From an uncultured Gammaproteobacteria bacterium (lineage in GTDB: Bacteria; Pseudomonadota; Gammaproteobacteria; DRLM01): DNA of 64,000 nt. The stretch is from the NCBI GenBank assembly GCA_963761035.1, contig CAVXFH010000002.1, positions 2,756,792-2,820,791 of the forward strand, given 5' to 3'. Below the pieces are notes generated by a model. It ran no database searches and was not told the DNA's origin. It was given only the letters and a program-made list of their open reading frames with translations. The number at the start of each line of letters is the position of its first letter. Positions within the stretch are counted from its first letter, which is position 1. The translations under genes and the position numbers were made by a program. Shown piece by piece: positions 31,041 to 42,138 of the stretch.

Positions 31041-32711
31041 ATGAGCGAAAGCTTTGCACAACTGTTTGAACAAAGTCTTGCCGGGAAGCGTATGCGGCCG
31101 GGCACCATCGTCAGCGCCATCGTGGTCGAGGTCAGACCGGATGTGGTGGTCGTCAATGCCGGTTTGAAGTCGGAGAGCACGATTCCCATCGAACAATTCC
31201 GCATTGAAGGCGGCAATTCCCAGGTGTCGGTCGGCGATCAGATCGAAGTGGCGTTGGAAATGATGGAAGACGGCTTCGGCGAGACGCGTCTGTCCCGGGA
31301 AAAGGCCATTCGCGCCCGGACCTGGACTCTGCTGGAGAGGGCGATGAACGCCGGTGAGACCGTAAAAGGCATCCTGACCGGCAAGGTCAAGGGCGGCTTT
31401 ACCGTGGAAATCGACGATGTGCGCGCCTTCCTCCCGGGATCCCTGGTGGATGTGCGCCCGGTGCGCGATTCCAGTTATCTGGAAGGCAAAGAACTCGAAT
31501 TCAAGGTAGTGAAGTTGGATCGCCGCCGCAATAACGTGGTGGTGTCGCGCCGGGCCGTGGTGGAACAGGAGAGCGGCGCCGAACGCGAGAACCTGCTGGA
31601 AAATCTCCAGGAAGGCCAAGTGGTCAAGGGCGTGGTCAAGAACCTCACCGATTACGGCGCTTTCGTTGATTTGGGCGGCGTGGACGGACTGCTGCATATC
31701 ACTGATATGTCATGGAAACGCGTCAAGCAACCTTCCGAAGTGGTGAACGTCGGCGACGAAATCGACGTCAAGATCCTCAAGTTCGATCGCGAACGCCAGC
31801 GCGTCTCGCTGGGCCTCAAGCAACTGGGCGAGGATCCGTGGGTCGATATCGCGCGCCGCTATCCGGTGACCACGCGGATGTTCGGTAAGGTCACCAATAT
31901 CGCCGACTACGGTTGTTTTGTGGAAATCGAAGACGGTGTGGAAGGGCTGGTGCACGTATCCGAGATGGACTGGACCAACAAGAATATCCATCCCTCCAAG
32001 GTGGTTCACCTCGGCGACGAGGTGGAAGTGGTGGTGTTGGATATCGACGAAGAGCGGCGCCGCATTTCGCTGGGCATGAAGCAATGCAAGGCCAATCCCT
32101 GGGATGAATTTGCCGTCACACACAAAAAGGGCGACAAAGTCAGGGGTACCATCAAGTCCATCACCGATTTCGGCATCTTTGTCGGCTTAGACGGCGGGAT
32201 AGACGGCTTGCTGCATCTCTCCGACCTGTCGTGGACCGTGCCCGGCGAAGAAGCCGTGCGCAACTACAAGAAGGGCGACGAGGTGGAAGCGGTGGTCCTG
32301 GCCATCGATGCTGAGCGCGAACGCATATCCTTGGGCGTGAAGCAGATCGAGCAGGATCCCTGGGCGATCTACGTAGGCGAGCATACCAAGGGTAGTATCG
32401 TCACCGGTACTGTGAAGGAAGTGGACGCCAAGGGAGCCATTGTTGAGCTGGCGGAAGGCGTGGAAGGGCAGCTGCGCGCCTCCGAGCTGTCGCGTGATCG
32501 CGTGGAAGACGCCCGCACCGTGCTAAACGTAGGCGATAAGATCGAAGCCAAATTCATGGGCGTCGACCGCAAGAGCCGCAGCATCATCCTCTCCGTCAAG
32601 GCCAAGGACAGTGATGAAGAAGCGGAAGTGATGGAAGGCTATCGGTCGGGATCAAGCGGCGGGACCACCCTGGGAGATCTGCTAAAGGAACAAATGGAAA
32701 ATAGCAATTGA
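31041..32711 (+). CDS. rpsA: 30S ribosomal protein S1
   Basis: [19 protein letters not shown], repeated S1 domains ([17 protein letters not shown] etc.). Confidence 0.99.
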   Translation: MSESFAQLFEQSLAGKRMRPGTIVSAIVVEVRPDVVVVNAGLKSESTIPIEQFRIEGGNSQVSVGDQIEVALEMMEDGFGETRLSREKAIRARTWTLLERAMNAGETVKGILTGKVKGGFTVEIDDVRAFLPGSLVDVRPVRDSSYLEGKELEFKVVKLDRRRNNVVVSRRAVVEQESGAERENLLENLQEGQVVKGVVKNLTDYGAFVDLGGVDGLLHITDMSWKRVKQPSEVVNVGDEIDVKILKFDRERQRVSLGLKQLGEDPWVDIARRYPVTTRMFGKVTNIADYGCFVEIEDGVEGLVHVSEMDWTNKNIHPSKVVHLGDEVEVVVLDIDEERRRISLGMKQCKANPWDEFAVTHKKGDKVRGTIKSITDFGIFVGLDGGIDGLLHLSDLSWTVPGEEAVRNYKKGDEVEAVVLAIDAERERISLGVKQIEQDPWAIYVGEHTKGSIVTGTVKEVDAKGAIVELAEGVEGQLRASELSRDRVEDARTVLNVGDKIEAKFMGVDRKSRSIILSVKAKDSDEEAEVMEGYRSGSSGGTTLGDLLKEQMENSN

Positions 32712-32726
32712 TGTAAGCGTGGCTGT

Positions 32727-32762
32727 GCCCCCGGTCCCGTAATGAGGGCCGGGGTTATTTTC
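32727..32762 (+). terminator. Rho-independent terminator after rpsA
   Basis: CCCCGGTCCC...GGGCCGGGG stem followed by TTATTTT. Confidence 0.7.
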
Positions 32763-32836
32763 TCAATAACGATGCGCTATGGGGTAAGGGTTGATTCGGG
32801 GGTTTCTTTAACTTCGGCTAGCAATGAGTGGCAATC

Positions 32837-33121
32837 ATGACGAAATCAGAACTGATAGAAAAACTTTCACAAAAACAGAGTCAGCTGACCTATAAAGATG
32901 TGGAGTTCGCGGTCAAGACGCTGACGGAGCAGATGGCGCAGAATCTGTCGGGCGGAGGACGAATAGAAATCCGGGGGTTTGGCAGTTTCTCCCTCCATTA
33001 TCGCCCGCCGCGGATCGGCCGCAATCCCAAGACCGGAGAAGCGGTATCCTTGACCGGCAAATATGTGCCGCATTTCAAGCCCGGTAAAGAGCTGAGAGAG
33101 CGCGTCAACGCCGCTGATTGA
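32837..33121 (+). CDS. ihfB: Integration host factor subunit beta
   Basis: [47 protein letters not shown]. Confidence 0.98.
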   Translation: MTKSELIEKLSQKQSQLTYKDVEFAVKTLTEQMAQNLSGGGRIEIRGFGSFSLHYRPPRIGRNPKTGEAVSLTGKYVPHFKPGKELRERVNAAD

Positions 33122-33251
33122 CGGTGGCGCCCGGGCAATTACGAAAGGGCACGGCGCCTGAAGGCGGCGGGTGGGCTGGTAGCTCGCGCGATCGATTCCA
33201 ACTCACAATAAATTAGGTTTCCGCCTGTGGCGCGACGGAATAGGAGACGGA

Positions 33252-33545
33252 ATGGCGCGCTTGTTCAGATTCATTCTTTATTTGATCATCGGTGTCCTGG
33301 CCTTGGTCTTCGCCTTGTTGAACGCCCAGACGATCCAGTTCAATTATTATTTCGGTCAGTTGCAGCTCCCCTTGTCGCTGATGGTGGCCATCGCCATAGT
33401 CATGGGCGCCGTGCTGGGCGTATTGGTCAGTATGGGGATGCTGATAAAGGCAAAGCGGCAGGCGTCGCTGCAACGCAAGAATGCCGATTTCGCCGAAAAG
33501 GAATTGGCCAAACTGCGCGCCCTGCCGCTCAACGACAAGCAATGA
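33252..33545 (+). CDS. lapA: Lipopolysaccharide assembly protein A
   Basis: Two TM segments, FALLN...LPLS, C-terminal coiled coil; lies between ihfB and lapB. Confidence 0.85.
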   Translation: MARLFRFILYLIIGVLALVFALLNAQTIQFNYYFGQLQLPLSLMVAIAIVMGAVLGVLVSMGMLIKAKRQASLQRKNADFAEKELAKLRALPLNDKQ

Positions 33546-33546
33546 T

Positions 33547-34713
33547 ATGTACGATTTACTGTGGCTGTTGCTTCCGCTAGCGGCTGTTTCAAGTTGGTTG
33601 CTCGCCAAGCGCGACGCCAGGCTCAAGATGATCGGCGCGGCGCCCGCCCTGTCGCCCGATTATTTCAAGGGACTCAATTACCTCGTCAATGAACAACCGG
33701 ACAAGGCCATCGAATGCTTCGTTCGCATGTTGGAGGTAGACAGCGATACGGTGGAAATTCACCTGGCGGTGGGCAATCTGTTCCGGCAACGCGGCGAGGT
33801 GGACCGCGCCATCCGTATTCACCAAAATCTCATCACTCGAGCGACGCTGAGCAAATCACAGCGCGCCCAGTCCTTGCTGGAATTGGCGCTGGATTATATG
33901 CGCGCCGGCCTGTTCGACCGCGCCGAAAGTCTGTGCAAGGAGCTGATCGGCATGGAGGCGCGTACCGGGCGGGCCCTGGCCTTATTGAGCGACATCTATC
34001 AGCAGGAAAAAGAATGGGAGCAGGCGATAACCGTTACCCGTCGACTGCAAGAGAAGACCGGCCAACCGATGGAGCAGGCCATTGCCCAGTTCTATTGCGA
34101 GCTGGCCGAGCAGGCGCGGGAGGCAGGCAACGTCGGCGAGGCGCGAGGCAAAATCAAGGAAGCCTTGACTGTCGATCCCGGTTGCGTACGGGCTAGTATT
34201 ATCCTCGGTGAGATGGCGGCGGCGGCCGGCGATTGCCGGCAGGCGATACGCGCCTATCAGCAGGTGGAAGGACAGGACCCGGACTATCTGCCGGAAGTGA
34301 TCCCGAACTTGGTAGGCAGTTACCGGCAGTGCGAGGCCGCGGATGAACTGCTCGACTATCTGCAGAAATTATTCGCCGAGCGCGGCGGTGTCACGGTACT
34401 GTTGGCCTTGGTGGAACTCATCGAGCAAGAAAGAGGAAAGACGGAGGCCGTATGCTTTCTCCGTCAACACCTGCACAGCCATCCTTCCCTACGCGGCGCG
34501 GCGCGCTTGATGGCGATGGGATTGAATTCCGGCGATGAAGAGGCGCGCGATACTCTCATCCTGCTCAATGAGACCGTGGTGAAGACGCTCGAGGAGAAAC
34601 CGGTCTATCAGTGCACCCAATGCGGTTTCGCCGGGAAATCCCTGCATTGGCGTTGTCCCGGTTGCAAACGCTGGAATACGGTGAAACCGATCCAGGGTCT
34701 GGAGGGGGAATAG
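33547..34713 (+). CDS. lapB: Lipopolysaccharide assembly protein B
   Basis: [33 protein letters not shown], TPRs, rubredoxin CTQCG...WRCPGC. Confidence 0.96.
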   Translation: MYDLLWLLLPLAAVSSWLLAKRDARLKMIGAAPALSPDYFKGLNYLVNEQPDKAIECFVRMLEVDSDTVEIHLAVGNLFRQRGEVDRAIRIHQNLITRATLSKSQRAQSLLELALDYMRAGLFDRAESLCKELIGMEARTGRALALLSDIYQQEKEWEQAITVTRRLQEKTGQPMEQAIAQFYCELAEQAREAGNVGEARGKIKEALTVDPGCVRASIILGEMAAAAGDCRQAIRAYQQVEGQDPDYLPEVIPNLVGSYRQCEAADELLDYLQKLFAERGGVTVLLALVELIEQERGKTEAVCFLRQHLHSHPSLRGAARLMAMGLNSGDEEARDTLILLNETVVKTLEEKPVYQCTQCGFAGKSLHWRCPGCKRWNTVKPIQGLEGE

Positions 34714-34715
34714 AC

Positions 34716-35432
34716 ATGGCACGCAGGCGGGACAAGGGACCGCGCATCATCGTGGCATTGGATTTTGCCGAGACATCCCGAGCCCTGGCCTTGGCAGCGC
34801 ATCTGCGCCCGGATGCATGCCGACTCAAGATAGGTAAGGAATTATTTACCCGTGGCGGACCCGCGCTGGTAGAGAAATTGCAGGCCCAAGGCTTTCAAGT
34901 ATTTCTTGACCTGAAATTTCACGACATTCCCACTACCGTCGCCCAGGCGTGCAAGGCGGCGGCGGCGCTTGGCGTATGGATGATCAACGTCCATACCTTG
35001 GGCGGCCGCAAAATGCTGGAGGCGGCCCGCGAGGCTCTAGAGAATAGTGCGCAGCGGCCGCTGTTGATCGGCGTTACGCTGCTGACCAGCATGGAGGACA
35101 AAGACCTCCAGGAGATCGGCATCGCCGCCACTGTAGAGGATCAGACGGTGCGCCTGGCGGGGTTGGCGCATCAGACCGGCCTGGACGGGGTGGTGTGTTC
35201 CGCGCAGGAGGCGCGCTCGCTGCGCGTGCGCTACGGACCGGAATTTTGCTTGGTGACACCGGGGATACGTCCTGCGGGTGCAGACATTCAAGATCAACGG
35301 CGCGTCATGACTCCGTTACAGGCCATGCAAGCCGGCGCGGATTACTTGGTTATCGGCCGCCCCGTCACGCAGGCCGCCGATCCCCGCCAGACCTTGGAGA
35401 CCATCCGGGCCGAGATTGGCATGATGGGTTGA
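34716..35432 (+). CDS. pyrF: Orotidine-5'-phosphate decarboxylase
   Basis: [43 protein letters not shown]. Confidence 0.97.
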   Translation: MARRRDKGPRIIVALDFAETSRALALAAHLRPDACRLKIGKELFTRGGPALVEKLQAQGFQVFLDLKFHDIPTTVAQACKAAAALGVWMINVHTLGGRKMLEAAREALENSAQRPLLIGVTLLTSMEDKDLQEIGIAATVEDQTVRLAGLAHQTGLDGVVCSAQEARSLRVRYGPEFCLVTPGIRPAGADIQDQRRVMTPLQAMQAGADYLVIGRPVTQAADPRQTLETIRAEIGMMG

Positions 35433-35544
35433 TTTACGCCGCCAAGATGATAGGCTATTACTCGGTGGCAGGATGCCGCCAGGGAGGAGAAAACGCGCAG
35501 TTTTCTCCAGGTAGACTTCCAACGGATAGGGAAGGAGACATGAA

Positions 35545-35826
35545 ATGGATGTCATCAAAAAGATTCTGCTTGTCTTGTTGCTGTGTTTCACCGGTATTGC
35601 CGCCGCCGCTGACGCGGTCGACATCAATACCGCCGACACCGACACCTTGATGAAGGGCTTAAAAGGGGTCGGTCCGGAAAAAGCAGCCGCCATCATCGAC
35701 TATCGTCAACAGCATGGCCCATTCAAAGACGCCGATGGCCTGGCACAGGTCAAAGGCATCGGCAAGAAGTTGATTGATATGAACCGCGACATGATCACCG
35801 TGAGCAAGGCGATGCCGCAGCGGTAG
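35545..35826 (+). CDS. ComEA family helix-hairpin-helix DNA-binding protein
   Basis: Signal peptide, VDINTAD, LKGVGPEKAAAIIDYR, GPF, VKGIG. Confidence 0.92.
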   Translation: MDVIKKILLVLLLCFTGIAAAADAVDINTADTDTLMKGLKGVGPEKAAAIIDYRQQHGPFKDADGLAQVKGIGKKLIDMNRDMITVSKAMPQR

Positions 35827-35859
35827 TAACCGGGAGTTGCCTGTGAGTCGCTGATCTTG

Positions 35860-35886
35860 AGGACGCCTTTATGGCGTCCTTTTTTT
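35860..35886 (+). terminator. Rho-independent terminator after comEA
   Basis: AGGACGCC-TTTAT-GGCGTCCT followed by a T run. Confidence 0.85.
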
Positions 35887-36117
35887 GGCTGTTTAATAGA
35901 GATAGATCCTTCGTCCGCGTTTGTCGGATAAATTATCTCTCTATTCTCAAAATCCAGGGTATCTCCACAGGGGATGGGGCGGATTTAATGAGCATAACGA
36001 AACTATCCCAAAATTCGGGGTCGGTATGAATCCAGATATCCGGTTGATTTATCGGTTTCGATACCAAGTTTGATATCATATTATCAATATAATAAACACG
36101 CCCCAAGGTATTGAAAA

Positions 36118-37593
36118 TTGAACCATAGAAATTCGTTACAACCCGTAGTCCTTTCCGGCGGTTCGGGTACCCGTCTTTGGCCTTTGTCCCGGGAACATTA
36201 CCCGAAACAATTGTTGGCCTTTGCAGGGGAGCATTCCTTGTTGCAGGAGACGGTGCTGCGCGGCGCGCGAAATGTCGAGGGTGCGGCCGCTCCTCTTATC
36301 GTGTGCAATGAAGAACACCGCTTTTTGGTGGCGGAGCAGGTGCGCGAGCTGGGCGAAACGCCGGCTGAAATTATCCTGGAACCGGTAGGGCGTAATACGG
36401 CGCCGGCCTTGACGCTGGCGGCGCTGGCCATAGAGAAGCGGGGCGGTGATCCAGTGCTGCTAGTGATGCCCGCCGATCATATGATACGTGATCAGCAGTT
36501 GTTCAACGGAGCCGTTGTTGCCGCCGTGTCGCTGGCGGAGGCGGGGAATTTGGTGACCTTTGGGATCGTGCCGGCTGGACCGGAGACGGGGTATGGCTAT
36601 ATCCGATTAGGCGAGGCCCTGCAGACCGTCGATCCGGCGGCCAAGGTGGCGGCCTATGCAGTGGCAGCCTTCGTGGAAAAGCCGGATTTGGCGACGGCGC
36701 AGTCATATGTGGATTCCGGTGACTATCTGTGGAACAGCGGGATGTTCGTCATGCGCACCTCTATTTGGCTGCGGGCCATCGGCCGGTTCCGGCCCGATAT
36801 ACTGGCGGCGTGCCGGCGCGCAATGGAAGGCGGGCGAGCGGATCGGGATTTTTACCGGGTCGATAAGCAGGCCTTTGCCGCCTGTCCCGGCGATTCCATC
36901 GACTATGCGGTGATGGAGAAGGTAACCGCGGACAAAGGTGATTTGCAGGCAGCGGTGGTGCCGCTGGATGCGGGATGGTCGGATGTGGGGGCGTGGCCGG
37001 CGATTTGGGAAGTGGGAGTACCGGATGCCGACGGCAACGTCACCCGCGGCGACGTGCTGACCCACGGTACCCGCGACAGCCTGCTGTTCGCCGAGCACCG
37101 TCTGGTGGCGGGAGTGGGTCTGGAAGACATGGTGGTGGTGGAGACCGCCGATGCGGTGATGGTGGCCCACAAGAGTCAGGCGCAGGAAGTTAAGAAAATC
37201 GTCGACCAACTCAAGGCCGGTAATCGCAGCGAGCGGCTGACCCACCGCCGGGTATATCGGCCGTGGGGAACCTATGAGGGCATAGATGCCGGCGATCGCT
37301 TTCAAGTCAAGCGTATTGTGGTGAAGCAGGGCGCGGCGTTGTCCTTGCAGATGCATCATCATCGCGCCGAGCATTGGGTGGTGGTGCGCGGGACGGCACG
37401 GGTGACGCGCGGCGAGGAGGTATTCTTATTGTCCGAGAATCAATCGACCTATATCCCTATCGGCGTGACCCATCGTTTGGAAAATCCGGGGACCCTTCCG
37501 CTGGAGATCATTGAGGTGCAGTCGGGTAGTTATCTCGGCGAAGATGATATCGTGCGCTTCGAGGACGTGTATGGGCGGAAGGAGAGTCAATAG
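36118..37593 (+). CDS. manC: Mannose-1-phosphate guanylyltransferase / mannose-6-phosphate isomerase
   Basis: LSGGSGTRLWPLSR..PKQ, EPVGRNTAPA, WNSGMF, SIDYAVME, RPWG, HHHRAEHW cupin. Confidence 0.96.
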   Translation: MNHRNSLQPVVLSGGSGTRLWPLSREHYPKQLLAFAGEHSLLQETVLRGARNVEGAAAPLIVCNEEHRFLVAEQVRELGETPAEIILEPVGRNTAPALTLAALAIEKRGGDPVLLVMPADHMIRDQQLFNGAVVAAVSLAEAGNLVTFGIVPAGPETGYGYIRLGEALQTVDPAAKVAAYAVAAFVEKPDLATAQSYVDSGDYLWNSGMFVMRTSIWLRAIGRFRPDILAACRRAMEGGRADRDFYRVDKQAFAACPGDSIDYAVMEKVTADKGDLQAAVVPLDAGWSDVGAWPAIWEVGVPDADGNVTRGDVLTHGTRDSLLFAEHRLVAGVGLEDMVVVETADAVMVAHKSQAQEVKKIVDQLKAGNRSERLTHRRVYRPWGTYEGIDAGDRFQVKRIVVKQGAALSLQMHHHRAEHWVVVRGTARVTRGEEVFLLSENQSTYIPIGVTHRLENPGTLPLEIIEVQSGSYLGEDDIVRFEDVYGRKESQ

Positions 37594-37603
37594 TTAACGG
37601 CGC

Positions 37604-37712
37604 ACCACCCCGCCCCCCTTCAGGGATACCCCTCTTTAACTACAGGAGGGTAACGTGAATTGTATAACCCCATTATTCCAAGGAGGGATGGGCGCGCAGA
37701 GGACGGAATGAT
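37604..37712. repeat. REP/BoxC-like inverted doublet, same family as 28680-28779
   Basis: ACCACCCCGCC...CCCCTCT...AGGAGGG followed by an inverted degenerate copy CCCC...AAGGAGGGATGGGCGCGCAGAGGACGGAATGAT. Confidence 0.55.
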
Positions 37713-37762
37713 TTGCCTCATGCGATTGAGCTGGCTGGACGTAATGCAAACGAGATGAGCGC

Positions 37763-38815
37763 GTGAAAATATTAATTACGGGCGGCGCCGGTTTCATCGG
37801 TTCAGCAGTGGTAAGGCAGTTCATTGGCGAAACCGACGCTACGGTGATCAACGTCGACAAGTTGACCTATGCCGGCAACCTGGAGTCGGTGGAAGCGGTG
37901 GCAAACAGTGCGCGTCATCACTTCGAAAAGGTCGATATCTGCGATGCGGCCGCGATACAGAGGCTGTTCGCGCAGTATCGGCCCAATGCGGTGATGCATC
38001 TCGCCGCGGAATCCCACGTGGACCGTTCCATCGACGGTCCGGCGCAGTTTATCCAAGCCAATATCGTCGGAACCTATACTTTGCTCGAAGCCGCTCGAAC
38101 TTATTGGCAGGATTTGCGGGGCGAGGAGAGGGCAAGCTTCCGCTTTCATCATATCTCGACCGACGAAGTCTACGGGTCGTTGGGGGCGGACGGTTATTTC
38201 GCGGAAGAGACACCCTATCAGCCCAATTCGCCTTATGCGGCGAGCAAGGCGGCGGCGGACCACTTGGCGCGAGCCTGGCACCATACGTATGGTTTACCGG
38301 TGGTGACCACTAATTGTTCCAATAATTACGGCCCTTATCACTTTCCGGAAAAGCTGATCCCGCTGGTGATCATCAAGGCACTGCGCGGCGAACCGCTGCC
38401 GATATATGGCAAGGGCGATAATATTCGTGATTGGCTCTATGTGGAGGACCATGCCCGCGCCCTGCGGCTGGTATTGGAGAAGGGGCGAGTGGGGGAGACC
38501 TACAATATCGGCGGTCGTAATGAGCGGACCAATCTCGAAGTGGTAGAAACAATCTGTGCGCTATTGGATGAACTGGCGCCGGACGGACGTTATGCGCCTC
38601 ATGCCGCGCTGATCAATTTTGTGGCTGACCGGCCGGGACATGACCAACGATACGCCATCGATGCCGGTAAGATAGAAAGGGAGCTGGGCTGGCGGCCCCG
38701 TGAAACCTTCGAGTCGGGACTGCGCAAGACGGTGAAGTGGTATTTGGATAATCGCGGATGGTGGGGACGGGTTTTGAGCGGCGTCTATCGAGGTGAACGC
38801 CTGGGGATATCGTAG
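37763..38815 (+). CDS. rfbB: dTDP-glucose 4,6-dehydratase
   Basis: [58 protein letters not shown]. Confidence 0.97.
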   Translation: MKILITGGAGFIGSAVVRQFIGETDATVINVDKLTYAGNLESVEAVANSARHHFEKVDICDAAAIQRLFAQYRPNAVMHLAAESHVDRSIDGPAQFIQANIVGTYTLLEAARTYWQDLRGEERASFRFHHISTDEVYGSLGADGYFAEETPYQPNSPYAASKAAADHLARAWHHTYGLPVVTTNCSNNYGPYHFPEKLIPLVIIKALRGEPLPIYGKGDNIRDWLYVEDHARALRLVLEKGRVGETYNIGGRNERTNLEVVETICALLDELAPDGRYAPHAALINFVADRPGHDQRYAIDAGKIERELGWRPRETFESGLRKTVKWYLDNRGWWGRVLSGVYRGERLGIS

Positions 38816-38852
38816 GCACATGGCTAATTCATATCGCGAAGCGATGCTGCAA

Positions 38853-38890
38853 TTCCCTCTCCCTCCGGGAGAGGGTTGGGGTGAGGGGAA
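38853..38890. repeat. BoxC-like palindromic element
   Basis: CCCTCTCCC-TCC-GGGAGAGGG perfect 9-bp stem followed by TTGGGGTGAGGGG, the architecture of enterobacterial BoxC. Confidence 0.75.
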
Positions 38891-38917
38891 CGATGTTGGT
38901 AAGAGGTTGGAATTGCG

Positions 38918-39835
38918 ATGAGCGTTAGCGCGCAAACTCAAATCCATATCCTGGTGACCGGCGCGTATGGTCAATTGGGCTTGGAGCTAATGCGCCGCGC
39001 CGCGCGGTACAGTGTCACGGCAACCGGATTGGATCGCGAGCAACTCGATATCACTGATGCTGAGGCCGTGCGGAGATACGTGTTGGAAAGCGGAGCGGCA
39101 GTCGTCGTCAATGCGGCGGCTTACACGGCGGTCGATAAGGCCGAATCTGAGCAGGCGGCGGCCTACGCGGTCAACCGCGATGGCGTTGCCCATCTCGCCG
39201 CGGCCTGTGCTGAGGCGAATATTCCCTTGATCCATGTCTCGACGGATTACGTCTTCGACGGCACCAAGACCTCGCCGTATGGCGAAGATGACCCCGTACA
39301 TCCAGTCAGCGCATACGGCGCGAGCAAAGAGGCGGGAGAGCGAGCGCTGCGCGGGATTTTGCCGCATCACATTATTCTGCGGACCGCATGGGTGTACAGC
39401 CCGTTTGGCCATAATTTCGTCAAGACCATCCTGCGCTTGGCGCGGGAACGCGAAAACTTGAGGGTGGTGGCGGATCAGCGCGGTTGTCCCACCGCCGCGG
39501 GCGACATTGCGGATATCGTCCTGAGCCTCGTACAGCGCATTGCTGGCGGTGTAGATATTCCGTGGGGAACTTACCACTACTGCGGCGTGGGGAGTACCAC
39601 CTGGTGCGAGTTAGCCAAAGCTATCGTGCAATCGGCGGCGCCGGCCTGGGGGCGCAGTGTGCCGGTCATACCGATCACTACCGCCGACTATCCCACGCCG
39701 GCCCGGCGACCGGCCAATTCGGTGCTGGACTGCGGCCGCATCGGCGAGAGGCTGGGTATTCATCCGCGTCCCTGGCAAGAGTCCTTGGAAGAGGTTGTGG
39801 CGGAATTATTAGCGGCGCACGAAGTTAGTAAATGA
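38918..39835 (+). CDS. rfbD: dTDP-4-dehydrorhamnose reductase
   Basis: TGAYGQLG, NAAAYTAVDKAE, STDYVFDG, YGASK, RTAWVY, ADQRGCPT, RRPANS. Confidence 0.96.
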   Translation: MSVSAQTQIHILVTGAYGQLGLELMRRAARYSVTATGLDREQLDITDAEAVRRYVLESGAAVVVNAAAYTAVDKAESEQAAAYAVNRDGVAHLAAACAEANIPLIHVSTDYVFDGTKTSPYGEDDPVHPVSAYGASKEAGERALRGILPHHIILRTAWVYSPFGHNFVKTILRLARERENLRVVADQRGCPTAAGDIADIVLSLVQRIAGGVDIPWGTYHYCGVGSTTWCELAKAIVQSAAPAWGRSVPVIPITTADYPTPARRPANSVLDCGRIGERLGIHPRPWQESLEEVVAELLAAHEVSK

Positions 39836-39840
39836 CTTAA

Positions 39841-39894
39841 ATCTCCGCTCCTTTCGCAAGGAGTGGCGGCGATAAAGCCGACGAGGGTGGATTG
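39841..39894. repeat. Single degenerate REP/BoxC-like unit
   Basis: CTCCGCTCCTT-TCGC-AAGGAGTGGCGGCG...GCCGACGAGGGTGGATT resembles the right-hand unit of the 28680 and 37604 elements. Confidence 0.45.
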
Positions 39895-39964
39895 CGTTTT
39901 CTAGGTCATGGCCGGATGATCCATTTACTTGAATGTCGAGATGCAATATATAAACAGCGATGCT

Positions 39965-40522
39965 ATGAATATTATTCAAACAGACTTGCCAGGAGTATTG
40001 ATCGTTGAGCCGCGCGTCTTCGGCGACGCGCGGGGCTTTTTCATGGAAACCTGGCAACAACGACGCTACGCGGAAGCGGGCTTGCCCGAGCGATTCGTCC
40101 AGGACAATATCTCGCTTTCGCGCCATGGAATTTTGCGCGGCTTGCACTATCAACATCCCCAAGGCCAGGGTAAGCTTGTTTATGTCTTGCAAGGTGAGGT
40201 GTACGATGTGGCGGTGGATATCCGCATTGGCTCGCCAAACTTCAGACGTTGGGTGGCCGCGACGCTCTCAGGGGACAACAAGCGCCAATTATATATTCCC
40301 CCAGGGTTTGCCCACGGCTTTTGCGTGACCAGTGACACAGCCCTGTTCGCCTATAAGTGCACGGAATTTTATAATTCCGCCGCGGAAGGGTGTGTGCGTT
40401 GGGATGATTTGGAGATCGGCATCGATTGGCCACTTCGCAATCCATTGCTGTCGGAGAAAGATAGCTTGGCCCCATTATTAAACGAAATTGCGCTAGAAAG
40501 GTTGCCCATCTATGCGCTATAA
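39965..40522 (+). CDS. rfbC: dTDP-4-dehydrorhamnose 3,5-epimerase
   Basis: EPRVFGDARGFF, FVQDN, LRGLHYQ, QGKLV, DVAVDIR, GFAHGF, YKC. Confidence 0.97.
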   Translation: MNIIQTDLPGVLIVEPRVFGDARGFFMETWQQRRYAEAGLPERFVQDNISLSRHGILRGLHYQHPQGQGKLVYVLQGEVYDVAVDIRIGSPNFRRWVAATLSGDNKRQLYIPPGFAHGFCVTSDTALFAYKCTEFYNSAAEGCVRWDDLEIGIDWPLRNPLLSEKDSLAPLLNEIALERLPIYAL

Positions 40523-40561
40523 AAATCAGGATCATTAGATGATCGTTAGAGAAAGCGCTCA

Positions 40562-41440
40562 ATGAAAGGCATTATCCTCGCCGGTGGTTCGGGCACGCGG
40601 CTTTATCCATTGACCCGGGCGATGAGCAAGCAACTGTTGCCGGTATATGACAAGCCAATGATCTATTATCCCTTATGTACGCTGATGCTGGCGGGCATTC
40701 GGGATATCCTGATCATTTCCACGCCCCATGATCTTCCCCAATATCAGCGCCTCCTGGACAATGGCGCGCAGTGGGGACTCAATTTCAGTTACGCGGAACA
40801 ACCCCGGCCGGAAGGATTAGCGCAGGCTTTTCTTATTGGCGAAAATTTTATAGGAACTGACACAGTCAGCTTGGTTCTCGGCGACAATCTTTTTTACGGT
40901 CACGGTTTAGCGAGAGTATTGCAGCAAGCCGCGCAGCGAGTGAAGGGCGCGACCATTTTTGGCTATTACGTGCGGGACCCGGAACGTTACGGTGTGGTGA
41001 GCTTTGACAAGGCGGGCAAGGTTATCGATTTTGAAGAAAAGCCTAAGAAGCCAAAATCAAACTATGCCGTAACCGGACTTTATTTCTATGACAATGACGT
41101 TATAAAAGTTGCTAAAGGCCTGAAACCTTCCCCGCGTGGAGAGCTGGAAATTACCGATATCAATAAATCCTATTTGACGCGCGGGGATATCAGCGTGGAG
41201 CTGCTCGGACGGGGAACGGCGTGGCTTGATACCGGAACTCATGAGTCCCTATTGCAAGCCGCGCAATTCATCGAAACCGTCGAATCTCGCCAAGGCCTGA
41301 AGATCGCCTGCCCGGAAGAAATCGCCTGGCGGATGGGATATATCGATACCGAGCAATTACGACGTCTAGCTGAGTCGCTGACACAGAACAGCTACGGACA
41401 ATATTTGATCGATACAATCAGCCGAGAACCCAAAAGATAG
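40562..41440 (+). CDS. rfbA: Glucose-1-phosphate thymidylyltransferase
   Basis: [54 protein letters not shown]. Confidence 0.98.
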   Translation: MKGIILAGGSGTRLYPLTRAMSKQLLPVYDKPMIYYPLCTLMLAGIRDILIISTPHDLPQYQRLLDNGAQWGLNFSYAEQPRPEGLAQAFLIGENFIGTDTVSLVLGDNLFYGHGLARVLQQAAQRVKGATIFGYYVRDPERYGVVSFDKAGKVIDFEEKPKKPKSNYAVTGLYFYDNDVIKVAKGLKPSPRGELEITDINKSYLTRGDISVELLGRGTAWLDTGTHESLLQAAQFIETVESRQGLKIACPEEIAWRMGYIDTEQLRRLAESLTQNSYGQYLIDTISREPKR

Positions 41441-41614
41441 TTCTTCAGCCTTTAACCCTTCTCTTTCCTCTAAATGAGAGGGCGGGTGAGCGGATAAAGC
41501 GGTAATAAAGTGGGTTCCAATTACCAACAATGAAACGGTATATCTTTCGTCTTTTGACACCCAGCCCAACTTAGCGGCGCTTTTATATTAAATTCTATTT
41601 TATGTTCTGCCGGG

Positions 41615-41666
41615 TTGACATTTCTCGCGTGGCATTGTTCAATTAGCGCTGTTCAAATGTTGAACA
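41615..41666 (+). promoter_or_regulatory. sigma70-like promoter with palindromic operator upstream of the MarR-EPS regulator
   Basis: TTGACA (41615-20), 17 nt, TTCAAT; perfect inverted repeat TGTTCAA-ATG-TTGAACA at 41650-41666 plus a half site over the -10. Confidence 0.65.
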
Positions 41667-41681
41667 TCAGGACCATGCAAC

Positions 41682-42032
41682 GTGAATGACGAAACGCATT
41701 ACCGGTTATTGAAGCTCGTTGAGGCAAATCCGCAGATGAGCCAGCGTGAATTGGCGGATGCCATGGGTGTTAGTCTAGGGAAGATCAATTATTGCTTGCG
41801 TGCCGTGATCGAACGCGGCTGGATCAAGGCCAGAAATTTTACCAAAAGCCAGAACAAGCGCCCATACGTCTACTACCTGACGCGCAAGGGCGTTGAGGAA
41901 AAGGCCAAAGTTACTGCCCGGTTCCTCAAGCACAAGATAGAGGAATACGAGAAGTTAACCAAAGAGATCCACCGACTTAAACAGGAAACGGGGGCGGTCG
42001 AGGCTGTGTCAGAAGCGGGAATGGAAAACTGA
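41682..42032 (+). CDS. MarR family EPS-associated transcriptional regulator
   Basis: NPQMSQRELA..MGVSLGKINYCL, NF..S.NK..Y.YYLT.KG..EK. Confidence 0.92.
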   Translation: MNDETHYRLLKLVEANPQMSQRELADAMGVSLGKINYCLRAVIERGWIKARNFTKSQNKRPYVYYLTRKGVEEKAKVTARFLKHKIEEYEKLTKEIHRLKQETGAVEAVSEAGMEN

Positions 42033-42138
42033 TGTGCAGCAAAAAACTCTGTTGGCATCTCGATATTGGGCTTGAAGCGCTCTTAGAGTTTGCTTATCGA
42101 GATGAGCTCTCATCAAGCCCAATTGCGGGGAGAACCGC

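Noticed and set aside
33122-33251. tRNA or ncRNA after ihfB
   Set aside because: GC-rich hairpins only; no T-loop GTTCRA or cloverleaf.
36070-36087. FNR box upstream of manC (TTGATATCATATTATCAA)
   Set aside because: Spacing is TTGAT-N8-ATCAA rather than N4; it may be another operator but cannot be assigned.
35827-36117. JUMPStart/ops element ahead of the glycan locus
   Set aside because: No convincing GGCGGTAG-containing ops sequence found by eye.
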